Notes: generated by a model not told the origin, from the letters alone. A stretch of 64,000 nucleotides of DNA from an uncultured Gemmatimonadaceae bacterium (GCA_963740355.1 CAVUDW010000003.1:192001-256000); one strand, 5' to 3'. Shown: positions 7,866-18,880, counted from the stretch's first letter. Translations and numbers: made by a program.

Positions 7866-10800
7866 CTAAAACTGATAGCGAACGCCCGCCTGAACCTGGC
7901 GCGGATCGCCGAGGCCACTGCGCACCGTGCCGTCGAAGTTGAACAGCAGGCCCCCGAACGACGGATCCTTGAAGTTGTTCCGGCCCAGGACGTTGAAGAC
8001 TTCCAGCGTCGCCTCGATTGCCTGGCCGTCCCGAACCCGGAATGGGCGCGCCAGGCGCAGGTCCCAACTCGCGTACGCGTTGTCGCGACGGAGGGTGTTC
8101 CGATCGAGGATGGTGCCATTCGGGCAGAGTCGATCGGCCGCGCTGCTGATCCGCTGGCCCGTGCCAGCATTGTTCGCACCGCACTTCTCGGACACTGGCT
8201 GCGCCGAGGTGAATGTGAAGCGGTTGTTCAGCAGCAGCTTGCCCGGCAGCCGGTTGAGCAGGAATGCATTGAATCGGTGCCGTTGGTCACGGTCACTGTA
8301 GCCCCACTCGCGATCGAGGCGGTTCGCCTTCACGTAGCGGAAGGTGAAGGGGTCACGCTCGTTGTCATCATCCGACTTGTCGAACGCCAGCGTGTAATTG
8401 ACCTCGAAGTTGTAGTTGCTGGCATTTCGGCGCGCGACGCCGAAGGTGACGCCATTGTATTGGCTGCGCGCGGTGCTTTCCACGGTCGTCAGCGTCCCGA
8501 TGCCATTGCCGTTGGGGAGCGCATTCGTGAACGGCCCATCGGTGCCGTTGCCGAACACCGGGTCGTTGCGATTGACGAATCGCGTGAGGTGATCCGCCTT
8601 GGCGTACACATAGCTGACCGAGGCAGAGATCCCGGTGGCGATCTCTCGTTCGTAGGCCGCGGTGACGCTGGTGGTCCGCGGGTTCTGGAAGTCCTGATCG
8701 ATGACGAAGATATCCGGCTTGAACGGCGTACCCGTTGGCGCTGGCAGCAGTTGGTCGTACGCCGGCGGTGCACCAAGCACCCCGGTCAGCGCGCTGTTAC
8801 GGAAGATCGTCTGGCCGACCGAACCGTTGTTGTTCCTCACGCTGGCGAGATTGAGCGCGGCAATTCGCGCCACGTATCGCCCTGCGCTGGCGCGCAGCAC
8901 GGACTTGCCATCGCCATTCACATCCCAGGCGAGCCCGAAGCGCGGCTGAAACATCTTGTAGTCGCTCGGGATCAGGCCGTTGGACGGAAAGCGCTGGCCT
9001 GCGACCGACTGACCGATCAGCGGAGCGTAGAACACCGTGGCGGGGTCGGTGATCGGGTCGGGCTGCTGCTGTGCTTCCCATCGCAGTCCGTAGTTCAACG
9101 TCAGGCGCGGCGTGGGCGTCCAGGTGTCCTGAATGAAGACACCGAGGTCGGTCTGGGCGAGTGTCTGGGTGCCGCTCTGCTCCACCGTGCGCCCGCCGAC
9201 GCCCGCCTGCTGGAGGTATAGCTGCACCGGGCCGGTGATGCTCGATCCGCTCGGGCAGGCGCCGGTCACGTTGGTGGTACCGTTCGAGCATTCCACATAA
9301 TTGCGCCCCTGGTTCACGTAGTTGATGAACCCAGTGACGCTGCTGAAGATGAATCGCCCATTGGCGAAGCCGATGAAGGTCTGCGACGACTTCACCGAGT
9401 TCACTTCCGCGCCGACCTTGAAGAGATGATTCCCGGTCGCGAAGGTGACGTTATTCAGCAGTTGCAGGCGCGTGTCGTAGTACTCCACCGGAATGAAGAA
9501 CGGACGCCCGATGCGGAAGCCATTGGCGAAATCCATTCCCGTGTCCGGAAACCCCTGTCGCGTGCTGCCCGGGATGTTCGGACCGCCGTAGTCTCGTGGG
9601 CGATCTTCGCGGGCGACCTGGAAGCGAAACTCGTTCGCCACGCTGTTGGAGAGCTGCGACGTGAGCTGGCCACTGATCGCGTGCGAGAAGTCCTTCTCGG
9701 TCGCGTTCGAGCTCGCGCCCCACGAATCGACGTCGAAGGTCCCGTTCACCTGCCTGCTGTTGGTGAAGTTGTACTTGAGCGAGAAGTTGTTGGTCGCGTC
9801 GACGCGATAGTCGAGCTTGAGCAGGAACACCTGACCATCGTTGGTCCGGTCCACGGGGCGGAAGTCGTTGCGCAGGGCGCCGCCGAAGGCCGTGCTGAGA
9901 AAGGTGGTCAGCGAATCGAGTGCGGCGGTCTGCGGGCGTGTCTGCTGCTTCGTCTCGCGATACACCTGTTGGTCGTAGGCGGCGAAGAAGAAGAGCCGAT
10001 CCTTCACCAGCGGTCCGCCGAGCGTGAACCCGAACTGGTTCTGCGAAAAATCAGGGTTGAGCGTGACGCCATTGCCTTTCAGGTTTCCCGACAGGGCACC
10101 GCTTTTCCCGAAGTAGTGCACCGTGCCCTTCAAGGTATTTGTGCCGCTCTTCGTGATCACGTTCACGAAGCCGCCCGCGGAGCGCCCGAACTCCGCATTC
10201 GCTCCGGCGTTGGTGACGACCAGTTCCTGAACCGCGTCGAGATTGAAGGTGAACGCAGGTCGCTGGCCGCCGCGTTGCTCCCCGAAAAATGGGTTGTTGA
10301 AGTCGGCACCATCGACACTGACGTTGTTGTAGGTGCCACGCTGTCCTGCAATCGAGATCACGTCGCCGTCAGGGCCTTGCGTGGTCGCCACATTCGGCGT
10401 GAGCAAGGTGAGCGCGAGGAAATTCCGCCCATTGTTCGGCAGCCCCTTCACGACCTCCTCGGAGAGCGTAGTGGTGGCATCGGACCGCGTCGTACTAACC
10501 GTCGTCGAAGCGCGATCCGACACCTTCACGGCCGCCAGCGCCACCGCCTGGCGCGTCACTCTGAACGGCAGGTCGAGCGCCTGGCCCACACGCAGGACCA
10601 AGTCTCCCCGCGACACCGCCGCAAAGCCGATCGCGCGAACGCTCACCTCATACCGCCCAAGCGGAAGCAGCGGCGCGGCGTAGATGCCCCGATCACTCGT
10701 GCGCACCACGCGTGTGACGTTCGTTTCCTGGTTGCGGAGCGTGACCTGTGCACCAGCCACCGGCACATTGGCATCATCGGTCACCAAGCCGCGAATGACA

Positions 10801-10907
10801 CCGGTGGTGGCTTGGGACTGGGCGCGCAGCTGCGCCGGCAGGGTGGCGAAGAGCGCTGCCGCAACGAGCGTGAGCAACTGGCGCGAGTGCATGCGAATGT
10901 GGCGCAT
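7866..10907 (-). CDS. TonB-dependent receptor, Oar-like, with N-terminal carboxypeptidase-regulatory-like domain
   Basis: Signal peptide (…QLRAQ), GVIRGLVTD, LPNNGRNFLAL, AEFGRSAGGFVNVITKSGTN plug motif, QDTW, LNYGLRWE, PRFGLAWD, C-terminal PRQVQAGVRYQF. Start ATG 10907 (or 10892). Confidence 0.95.
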   Translation of the reverse strand: MRHIRMHSRQLLTLVAAALFATLPAQLRAQSQATTGVIRGLVTDDANVPVAGAQVTLRNQETNVTRVVRTSDRGIYAAPLLPLGRYEVSVRAIGFAAVSRGDLVLRVGQALDLPFRVTRQAVALAAVKVSDRASTTVSTTRSDATTTLSEEVVKGLPNNGRNFLALTLLTPNVATTQGPDGDVISIAGQRGTYNNVSVDGADFNNPFFGEQRGGQRPAFTFNLDAVQELVVTNAGANAEFGRSAGGFVNVITKSGTNTLKGTVHYFGKSGALSGNLKGNGVTLNPDFSQNQFGFTLGGPLVKDRLFFFAAYDQQVYRETKQQTRPQTAALDSLTTFLSTAFGGALRNDFRPVDRTNDGQVFLLKLDYRVDATNNFSLKYNFTNSRQVNGTFDVDSWGASSNATEKDFSHAISGQLTSQLSNSVANEFRFQVAREDRPRDYGGPNIPGSTRQGFPDTGMDFANGFRIGRPFFIPVEYYDTRLQLLNNVTFATGNHLFKVGAEVNSVKSSQTFIGFANGRFIFSSVTGFINYVNQGRNYVECSNGTTNVTGACPSGSSITGPVQLYLQQAGVGGRTVEQSGTQTLAQTDLGVFIQDTWTPTPRLTLNYGLRWEAQQQPDPITDPATVFYAPLIGQSVAGQRFPSNGLIPSDYKMFQPRFGLAWDVNGDGKSVLRASAGRYVARIAALNLASVRNNNGSVGQTIFRNSALTGVLGAPPAYDQLLPAPTGTPFKPDIFVIDQDFQNPRTTSVTAAYEREIATGISASVSYVYAKADHLTRFVNRNDPVFGNGTDGPFTNALPNGNGIGTLTTVESTARSQYNGVTFGVARRNASNYNFEVNYTLAFDKSDDDNERDPFTFRYVKANRLDREWGYSDRDQRHRFNAFLLNRLPGKLLLNNRFTFTSAQPVSEKCGANNAGTGQRISSAADRLCPNGTILDRNTLRRDNAYASWDLRLARPFRVRDGQAIEATLEVFNVLGRNNFKDPSFGGLLFNFDGTVRSGLGDPRQVQAGVRYQF

Positions 10908-11088
10908 GGAGGGGAGTCCATTTTCGTGAGTGTCAACGCACCGCACCAAGGGATTGCCTGGCGCGATCAGCCTAACATGTCACGAACTCCATCTGCCGGC
11001 GACACTTCGCATGTAACAACGCGCGGAAATCGATGCGCTGCAGCAGGCTCGTCAATGCACCCCTCGGCGCACGAGCGAACCGACGCGC

Positions 11089-11475
11089 CTACGGTTCGAA
11101 CTTTCCGCCGATGGTGCCGTCCTTCCGCCACTCGAATCGCACACCGTCGCACATGGTGGCCGCCGCAGCGAGCACCCGGGACAGGTTCTGCATCGCCTCG
11201 CTCTTCGTCATGCGCATCGCCTGTCCGTCCATCGAGACCAGCCAGGGCGAGGGCGTTTCCACGATCATCACCGACCAGAGCGCCTCTCCCTTGAGCAAGA
11301 CGCTCAGCGCGACGGGCTCGCGCGACGCCGACCAGGCCAGCGCATCGGCGGGAAACGCCTGTCGCTGCACCGCATGCCGGCAGATGTCGAGAAAGGGCCC
11401 CAGCTCATTGAGGACGTGCGCGAGGCCGGCGTTGCGGCGCGCCGCGAGGGCAAGATCGAAGGAGCGAGTGGACAT
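11089..11475 (-). CDS. Hypothetical protein (128 aa)
   Basis: ATG-started ORF with protein-like composition, filling the gap between co-oriented genes; no motif recognised. Confidence 0.6.
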   Translation of the reverse strand: MSTRSFDLALAARRNAGLAHVLNELGPFLDICRHAVQRQAFPADALAWSASREPVALSVLLKGEALWSVMIVETPSPWLVSMDGQAMRMTKSEAMQNLSRVLAAAATMCDGVRFEWRKDGTIGGKFEP

Positions 11476-11534
11476 CGGTATCCGCTGGTAAGGGCACGCG
11501 GGAAACTAAGCGCTCCAGCCCGCTTGGCGAAATA

Positions 11535-11951
11535 TCAGTACGCCATGCGCACCGTCAGCGTCGTGTCCCTTTGCACCACCACGCTCGCCTCGGCGAAGCG
11601 TGGCGCCCGGAAACGCGGACGCGGATCGTTGCTCACCCCGTACCCTTCTTTCGGAATGCCAAGGAAGTTGGAGTCGATCTTCCCGTTCGAATTGGCATCG
11701 TGGAACGCCGCGATCGCGTACGTCCCCGGCACCGCATCAAAAGAGAGTATCGTCTCCGGAGCCGCTGGCCTGACCTCCTGATTGGCGAACGGGGAGGGGC
11801 CAGGAAATCCCGTGCCTGGCGCTGGGTGCAGCCCCACCTGCAGCACCCCACCCTTCTGTGGTCGCACGTCGAGCAGTCGGACCGTTATGCGCACGGTGGC
11901 GGGCTGATACGACGTCAGGCCGAGCAGGGCGAGGCCGAACAGGAGACGCAT
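11535..11951 (-). CDS. DUF2141-family secreted protein
   Basis: Signal peptide; PGTYAIAAFHDANSNGKIDSNFLGIPKEGYGVSN and PRFAEA motifs. Confidence 0.9.
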   Translation of the reverse strand: MRLLFGLALLGLTSYQPATVRITVRLLDVRPQKGGVLQVGLHPAPGTGFPGPSPFANQEVRPAAPETILSFDAVPGTYAIAAFHDANSNGKIDSNFLGIPKEGYGVSNDPRPRFRAPRFAEASVVVQRDTTLTVRMAY

Positions 11952-12101
11952 GGGGATTCCCGAGCAGGGCGGAGGACACGAACGGTTCGGGCGTGGATTT
12001 CCAGCTGGAAATCGGGCCAGGCCTGAACGAGAATGCCTTCAGTTCTGGAACGCGGCCAGTCAGCGCGGTGTGCCGCCTGCGGTCGATACATTTCCGGTCC
12101 A

Positions 12102-12635
12102 ATGTCCAACCCGACTACGCCCATCATGATCCGCCCGGCGACCCTCTCCGATGCCGCGGCGCTCGCGGATCTCGGCCGGCGCACCTTCACCGATGCCTTC
12201 GCGGCCGACAACACGGCGGAAGACCTCGCCGCGTTTCTCGATGCCGCATATTCGCCGGCAATTCAGGAGCGGGAACTGCAGGACGCCTCGCTCACCTATC
12301 TCGTGGCCGAACGTCACGGCGAGCTGGTGGCCTTCGCGCTCTTGCGGACGGGCAAGGAGAGTGAGCACGTCACCGACCCGACCGCGCTCGAGGTGCAGCG
12401 TTTCTACGTTGACCGCTCGTGTCACGGCACCGGCCTCGCACAGACGCTGATGGCGTCGTGTGTCGCCGATGCCGCAGGACGCGGCGCGAAGTCGCTCTGG
12501 CTCGGCGTCTTCGAGAAGAACGCGCGCGCGATTCGGTTCTACCAATCGCAAGGCTTTGCGGAAATCGGCAAGCAGATCTTCGTCGTGGGTAGCGACCCAC
12601 AGCAAGATCTCGTGCTCTCGCGACCTATTCCGTAG
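12102..12635 (+). CDS. GNAT N-acetyltransferase (PaiA/spermidine acetyltransferase-like)
   Basis: IRPATLSDA, TFTDAF, EVQRFYV, HGTGLAQTLM (acetyl-CoA motif A), WLGVFEKNARAIRFY, FVVGSDPQQD. Confidence 0.9.
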   Translation: MSNPTTPIMIRPATLSDAAALADLGRRTFTDAFAADNTAEDLAAFLDAAYSPAIQERELQDASLTYLVAERHGELVAFALLRTGKESEHVTDPTALEVQRFYVDRSCHGTGLAQTLMASCVADAAGRGAKSLWLGVFEKNARAIRFYQSQGFAEIGKQIFVVGSDPQQDLVLSRPIP

Positions 12636-12641
12636 GCCTGC

Positions 12642-13610
12642 TCACGGCTTGGTGCGCAGTGCGAGAATGATGTACTGCCCGCGGTCGAGGAACTCGGCGG
12701 CCTTCGCCTTGGCTGGATCGGGCGTCGGCACAGCGCTCACGACGATGGTACGCGCCGAGGTACTCCGTCGGCTGACACGCGCCGCAGTGCCCAATCCATA
12801 GTCGCTGTGGAACGCGCCGTTGAAGTGCACCACGATCGCATCGCTGCCTGCCTTCGCGCGCGCCATCACGATCGACTCGGCCATCGTCTCGTCCTTCACA
12901 CACTGCGACTCGTAGAACAAGTCGGTCATCGAGCGAGCGCCCGACGGCGATGGCGCCGAGGCACCGCCGGCGCCACCGTGTCCACCGCCCATCACAGCCA
13001 CGAAGTTTTCGTAGTACTTGTCCTTCGGGCAGATCAACTCGCGCGCCACGAACGCACGATCGCCGGCCGTCATCGAGTCGACGGCAATCAATCCGCGCTT
13101 GCTGACGGCGCTCGCCAGCCGACGCGGGACGTTGGCCGCGATCACCGGCCAGTGCCTGGCCTTGGCCAGTTCCACCAGTGGTCGGTAGTCGGCAGCATAG
13201 TTCGGCCACGGACGCGACTGGGCACGGAAGTCGTCTTCGCTCAGTGTCCCGGCGAGATAGGCGTCCACCAGTGGCTGCACGTCGCGCTCGAACATCTCCA
13301 GCGAGAGCACGACCTTGCCGCGCCGATCGCCGATCGCGGTGAGCAGCGCGAGCTCGGCACGATGTGACTCGTCATCGTCGTGCTGTTCGCCGAAGAACAC
13401 GACGTCAGCCTTGGCCGCGGCATCGGCCATGGCCGCGAAGGAAATCGTCTGCCCGGTGGCGCTGGCCACGACACGCTGTGTGCCAGACGGCATGACACCC
13501 GTCGTGGGCGCGACCGGCGAGGTGCCGGCCGACGTGCGCGCGCCAACACAGCCTGTGAGCAGCGCGGCGAGAACGAGCGGTGCGGATGTAGCGTAACGGC
13601 GAAAAAACAT
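12642..13610 (-). CDS. ChaN/PhuW-family (haem-uptake-associated) lipoprotein
   Basis: Lipobox LLTGC; DVVFFGEQHDD, LSLEMFERDVQ, WPNYAADYRPLV, IAANVPR, QCVKDETMAESI, HFNGAFHS. Confidence 0.85.
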   Translation of the reverse strand: MFFRRYATSAPLVLAALLTGCVGARTSAGTSPVAPTTGVMPSGTQRVVASATGQTISFAAMADAAAKADVVFFGEQHDDDESHRAELALLTAIGDRRGKVVLSLEMFERDVQPLVDAYLAGTLSEDDFRAQSRPWPNYAADYRPLVELAKARHWPVIAANVPRRLASAVSKRGLIAVDSMTAGDRAFVARELICPKDKYYENFVAVMGGGHGGAGGASAPSPSGARSMTDLFYESQCVKDETMAESIVMARAKAGSDAIVVHFNGAFHSDYGLGTAARVSRRSTSARTIVVSAVPTPDPAKAKAAEFLDRGQYIILALRTKP

Positions 13611-13671
13611 CGACGGAAAATTGAGGGAGTCGCGAGTGAGTTGCCGCCGGAGTGACCCGGCGGCTGCACGG

Positions 13672-16600
13672 TCAGCTGATCGGCGGAGCGGTCTTCACGA
13701 CCTTGCGCACCGATACACCGGGCACGTTGCCATCCTGCAGCAACTTGTTGAATGCCGGCACATCGACCTGCTCGATGGTGTCGATCTCTCCGCGGATGGC
13801 AGCCCACTGCCCTTCCAGCTCGGCGAGGCGCTCACGCGCGGCCTTCGTCAACACCGGATTGCCTTCCACCTGGCCCATGAGGAAGCCGAACTGGCCATTG
13901 ATACCGTTGGCGAAGTTGATGATGTCCTGACCGTTGGCCGCCTTGGTGGTGAGCCGCGGATCCATGACATCGAGCTTCCCCACCAGTCCCTTGCCCGCGG
14001 CGGTGATGGCTGCAGCGTTGGTCGCATCGCGACCACGCGTCAGTGCACCGTTGACCTGCCCCTTGGTGTCGCGCAGGCGCAAGACGGCGTCGTGAATCTC
14101 GCGGATGCGATCGGCAATCAACGCCGACACGGAATCGCGCTCGGCGATCGCCACCGCTGGCACGTTCAGGCGCGGGTCCTGCAGCACCTGCAATGGCTGT
14201 GTCGTCACAGAGCTGCCCACCGTCATGCGCACACTGTACGTACCCGGCGAGACACGAGCACCACCGCTGCCAGGTGCACCGAACAGGATGACGCCGGCCA
14301 ACCGCGTCGGAGCCGTGCGGCGCAAGTCCCAATTCAAGACATTCAGGCCGGCCTTCGGCCGAAGGCGCGCAGCCACGACCGAGTCCTTCGACGAGAAGCT
14401 GCGCAGCACGTTCCCACGCGCGTCGAGCATGTCGAAGGTGATTCCCACCGTGCTGTCAGCAACGCTGGCGAGCCTGTAGTAGATGTTCGCGCCCGGCACC
14501 GGATTCCGCCCCGCACCACGCGTCGGGAACGACGGGCCACCGCTCAGGTACGCCGCACGCGGCGCATAGAGGTGTGCTGCCGCCGCGAGCAGCGAATCGG
14601 CATGCTGACGGATGGCCGAGATGTCGTCCATGATCCAGAAGGCACGGCCTTCCGTGGCGGCGACAAGGTCACCGTCATGGACTTCCAGATCGGTGACCGG
14701 CACGACCGGGAAGGTGGCCGGGAATGGCATCCACTTCGCACCACCGTCGAATGACAGGTAGATGCCGGTCTCGGTGCCCGCGTAGAGGAGGTTGCGACGC
14801 GTCGGGTCCTCACGCACGACACGTACGGGCTCGCCTTCGCGCAGGCCGTTGACGATCCGCGTCCAGGTGGTGCCGTAATCGGTGGACTTGAAGATGTGCG
14901 GTGTGTTGTCTCCGATGCGGTCGGTGCGATACGCGACGTAGACAGTGGCCGGGTCATGCGGCGACACTTCGATCTCGTTGGTGAGACCGTCGGTGAGGCC
15001 CTTCGGCGTGACGTTGGTCCAGGTCGCGCCGCCATCGCGGGTCCGCTGCACCAGCCCATCATCCGTGCCGACGTAGATCGTCTTTGGGTCACTCGGTGAT
15101 TCATGGATCACGACGATGGTGCCGTACACCTCACCACCGGCGCCTTCGTTCGTGATCGGGCCACCGCCCTTCCCCTGACGTGCCTTGTCGTTCTTGGTCA
15201 GGTCGCCGCCCATCGGCGTCCAGGTCTGGCCGCGATCGGTCGAACGGAACAAGACGTTGCCGCCGTGATAGATCACGTTGCCGTCGTGCTGCGAGACGCG
15301 AATCGGCGCGGTCCAGTTGAAGCGGTACCGCGTCTTGTCGGTCGGTTCGGTGAGGTTCATGGCGGGCCACGGCATGATGTCACGCGAGAGGCCCGTCTGC
15401 TGATCGAGTTCGTTGATCAGGCCCTGATAGCAGCCGCCGTACACATACCGCGAGTCCTTCGGCCCCACACCGATGTTGGCGCTTTCGCAGCCCGGGCCAT
15501 CCGTCCAGTCGCGCACACTGATCACCGCGTCATCGCTGCGGCTCTTGATGATCACGCTGCTGTTGTCCTGCTGCCCGCTGTAGAGGCGGTAGGGAAAGTC
15601 GTGGTCGGTCGTGACGTGATAGAACTGCGCCGTCGGCTGGTTGTCCTGCGAGCTCCAGCTGTTGCCACCATCGAGCGAGACCGACACGCCGCCGTCGTTG
15701 GAATTGATCATCGACTTGCCGTCGATCGGATTGATCCAGATGTGGTGATTGTCACCATGCGTCGCGTCGACCACGCGGAAGGTGCGCCCCCCATCGATCG
15801 ACTTCAGCACCGGTGCGTTGGTGACCCACACCACGTCGGCATTCTTCGGGTCGGCGAAGATCTTCATGTAGTACCAGCTGCGCGTCTGGATCAGGCGATC
15901 CTCGGACTGACGCGCCCAGGTCTTGCCGGCGTCGTCGGAGCGATAGAGCCCACCACGCTCCGCTTCCACGATGGCGAAGACGCGATCCGGATTGGCCGGT
16001 GACACACTGACGCCGATCTTGCCCATCAGCGAGGGCAGTCCGCCGCTCAGTCGCGTCCAGCTGTCGCCACCATCGATCGACTTCCAGATGCCGCTGCCCT
16101 CGCCACCGCTGCGAACCATCCATGGCGTGCGCTGGTGATCCCAGAACGACGCGTAGAGGATGCGCGGGTTGGTCGCATCCATCGTCAGGTCGCTGGCGCC
16201 GCTGAAGGCATTGACGCCTTTCAGCACCAGCTGCCAGGTGGCACCGCCATCCTTCGTACGGTAGATGCCACGATCGGCGCTGGCCTTCCACCGATCGCCC
16301 TGCGCCGCCACATACACGACGTTGGGGTCCGTGGGATGCACACGCACCGCAGAGATCTGCCGCGTGTTTCCAAGTCCGACGTTGGCCCAGGTGCGGCCCT
16401 GGTCGGTGCTCCGGTACACGCCGTCGCCATAGCTGGACGATTGCCCGCGAATCGCTTCTTCACCCGTGCCGACGTAGATCACATTTGCGTCGGAGGGTGC
16501 GACGGCGATCGCGCCGATCGAGCCGGTGCGAAACCAGCCGTCGGAGATATTGCGCCAGTTGATGCCTGCATCATCGGTGCGCCACAACCCACCGCCGGTG

Positions 16601-16848
16601 TAGCCGGCGAAATAGGTCAGCGGCTGCGTCGGGATGCCCGCAGCGGTGTTGGCGCGGCCGCCGCGATTCGGGCCGACGTTTCGCCATTGCATCGCGCGAA
16701 ACGCAGCGGTGTCAATCGCGCTCGCTGCACTGGCCGGCGGGGTCGCGGTCGCAGGCTTGCGCTGTGCAGCACTCGGCGTGCTCGAGGCAACGATCGCGAG
16801 TGCGGCAAGGGTCGGGTGGAACAGACGGCGATGGAGCATCGCAGACAT
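13672..16848 (-). CDS. VPS10/BNR (Asp-box)-repeat secreted glycosyl-hydrolase-like protein
   Basis: WRNVGPNRGGR and many S/T-x-D-x-G-x-T/S-W Asp-boxes (RTDDAGINW, STDQGRTW, TKDGGATW, SIDGGDSW, SDDAGKTW); helical C-terminus. Start ATG 16848. Confidence 0.9.
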   Translation of the reverse strand: MSAMLHRRLFHPTLAALAIVASSTPSAAQRKPATATPPASAASAIDTAAFRAMQWRNVGPNRGGRANTAAGIPTQPLTYFAGYTGGGLWRTDDAGINWRNISDGWFRTGSIGAIAVAPSDANVIYVGTGEEAIRGQSSSYGDGVYRSTDQGRTWANVGLGNTRQISAVRVHPTDPNVVYVAAQGDRWKASADRGIYRTKDGGATWQLVLKGVNAFSGASDLTMDATNPRILYASFWDHQRTPWMVRSGGEGSGIWKSIDGGDSWTRLSGGLPSLMGKIGVSVSPANPDRVFAIVEAERGGLYRSDDAGKTWARQSEDRLIQTRSWYYMKIFADPKNADVVWVTNAPVLKSIDGGRTFRVVDATHGDNHHIWINPIDGKSMINSNDGGVSVSLDGGNSWSSQDNQPTAQFYHVTTDHDFPYRLYSGQQDNSSVIIKSRSDDAVISVRDWTDGPGCESANIGVGPKDSRYVYGGCYQGLINELDQQTGLSRDIMPWPAMNLTEPTDKTRYRFNWTAPIRVSQHDGNVIYHGGNVLFRSTDRGQTWTPMGGDLTKNDKARQGKGGGPITNEGAGGEVYGTIVVIHESPSDPKTIYVGTDDGLVQRTRDGGATWTNVTPKGLTDGLTNEIEVSPHDPATVYVAYRTDRIGDNTPHIFKSTDYGTTWTRIVNGLREGEPVRVVREDPTRRNLLYAGTETGIYLSFDGGAKWMPFPATFPVVPVTDLEVHDGDLVAATEGRAFWIMDDISAIRQHADSLLAAAAHLYAPRAAYLSGGPSFPTRGAGRNPVPGANIYYRLASVADSTVGITFDMLDARGNVLRSFSSKDSVVAARLRPKAGLNVLNWDLRRTAPTRLAGVILFGAPGSGGARVSPGTYSVRMTVGSSVTTQPLQVLQDPRLNVPAVAIAERDSVSALIADRIREIHDAVLRLRDTKGQVNGALTRGRDATNAAAITAAGKGLVGKLDVMDPRLTTKAANGQDIINFANGINGQFGFLMGQVEGNPVLTKAARERLAELEGQWAAIRGEIDTIEQVDVPAFNKLLQDGNVPGVSVRKVVKTAPPIS

Positions 16849-16965
16849 CGGATCGGGGGTGGGAGTCGAGGCGGCTGAATCAACCTGCATCAGCAGGAGG
16901 AAATAAAGCCTCGGATCGCCCTGCGGTGAGCCCCGGCGCCTCGCCATCCCGCCAGCGGTCGCGCG

Positions 16966-18880
16966 CTATCGTGTCAGGTAATCCGCGAATGAGGCCTGCA
17001 GCAGAGCACTTCCGCTGCGGAAATGGCCTCGCCCGGCGGCGCTGGACTGCGCGATGACGCGACGGGCCCGTTCATCGAAGACCAACCACCCGGTGGGGTC
17101 GATGAAGGTGAACCCCTCGTTGTACGCAAAATAGGCGAAGCCGCCGGCACCCGGCTGCAGGATGTTCTGTCCCCACCGGAAGCCCTCGGGCGAGACGCCC
17201 AGTTGGCCGAGCAGCGTTGGCGCGACATCCACCGAGGCGCTGATCCTGTGGACCACGGTGTCGCGAACGCGCAGCGCACCACCAACCCAGAGCATGGGAA
17301 TGTGATGCCGATCCGGGACCGACTCCACCGTCCCCGCGACCGGCGATGGCAGCGGGCTGCCGTGATCGGCGATGATCACCACCAGCGTACTGTCCCACCA
17401 CGGCTGCTTCGACGCCAGGTCGAGAAACTGCCCGATGCTGGCATCCGTGTAGTGGTGCGCGTTGAGGAACTTCGTCGACTCGTCGTCACCGGCGAACGCT
17501 GGCGCGACTGGCACCTCGAATGGCTCGTGGCTGCTGAGCGTGAAAAGCGTGGCGAAGAACGGCCGTTGCTCCGCAGACAGCTCCCCCAGTGCGCGCCCGA
17601 GCACCACGTGATCGTGCGCCCCCCACTTCGAGTTGCGATCCGATGGCGCGAATGCCTCGACGCCGGTCACACGGTCGTAGCCGCCGTTGAGCACATAGGC
17701 CTTCATGTTCGCGAAGGCCAGTTCCCCGCCGTAGTAGTACGACGTGTGATACCCGTCACGTCGCATCACCTGCCCCAGTTGCGGCAGGGCGGCGGCCTTT
17801 CTGCGAGCGCGTCATGATCGCCTCGTTCGGCACCGAGGGGAATCCGCTCAGGATCGACACCAGCCCCTGCGCGCTGCGTTCGCCGGAGGCGAACAGCGAA
17901 TCGAACAACACCCCCTGATGTGTCCACCGATCGAACTGCGGCGTCACCTTCGGCCTGCCGCCGAGTCGCGCGACCACCTTGGCCGTGAAACTCTCCCAGA
18001 TGATGAGAATCACGTTCGGCCGCGACACCCGCAACAGGTTCTGCGGCGCGTCATTCGCATGCTGGAACAGGCTATCGACGATCGCGGTGGCATCACTCGC
18101 GCTCAGGACACGATACGGGTTGTCCGTCGGCACCTTCTGCTGCGCCAATGTGGTCGAGAGCAGGTACCACGGCGCGTTCAGGGCGCCACTGTTCGCCATC
18201 TCCGACTGCGAAAAGAAGACGGTGCTTTCGTTGATCGGCGTCCACTGCACACCGCCGCGAATCGGAATGGCGAGCAGCAATCCCGTGAAAAAGGTCGCGA
18301 GGCCGGCCGCGACCGCCTGCACGCCACGCGGACGCTGCAAGCGCTGCTCCGGCGCTCGCATCACGCGCCGGTAGCCCCACCAGGTCGCGAGGATCACCAG
18401 GCCAAGCACACCAAGGAGGGGGCCGAGTGCGATCGACTCCGCCGACGCGTACGCTTCGCGGGGGGTCGCGAGATAGGTCCAGATGGAGGCGTCGAGGCGC
18501 CGCCGCCATGGGCCGAACGTGCCGATGTCGGTGCAGACCACTAGTGCGACGAACACGATCACGAAGGCGGCAAAGCCACGGAGCAATCGACGGGTGACGG
18601 TGGGTGCCAACGCCACGGCGAGCGTGAGGATCAGCCACTGCACCGCAGTCAGGTAGGCGGCCGCGGAGAGGTCCATCCTCGCCCCATAGCCGAAGCTCCG
18701 AAGCACGTCACCGCGTTCGGCCGCCGGTATGACCGCCCAGTGCCAGGCATAGAACAGCGCCCGGGCACCGGCAAACCACACCGTCCAGAACCCGAGCGAC
18801 CGGAGGAGCAGCGCCGCACGCTCACGCCACGCGACGACCCAACCCACCGGGGTCGAGGACGTGGGGCTGGCAACAGTCAC
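16966..18880 (-). pseudogene. LTA-synthase/MdoB-like sulfatase-family membrane protein, split by a +1 frameshift near 17798-17800 (pseudogene or sequencing error)
   Basis: Upstream frame: TM helices, GARMDLSAAAY, IRGG, RPNVILIIWESF, SGERSAQGL. Downstream frame: GYHTSYYYGG, WGAHD, TLSSHEPF, HYTD, IIADHG, SVDVAPTLL. Removing one A from CAG-AAA-GGC restores QKAAALPQLGQVMRR. Confidence 0.85.

Noticed and set aside
10971..11020. TGTCAC / TGTAAC half-sites upstream of the TonB receptor (Pho-box-like)
   Set aside because: The spacing is 34 bp, not a multiple of 11, and there are only two half-sites; insufficient support.
9426..11294. 622-aa plus-strand ORF (also 8277-9221)
   Set aside because: Antisense to the well-supported TonB receptor; no recognisable domain.
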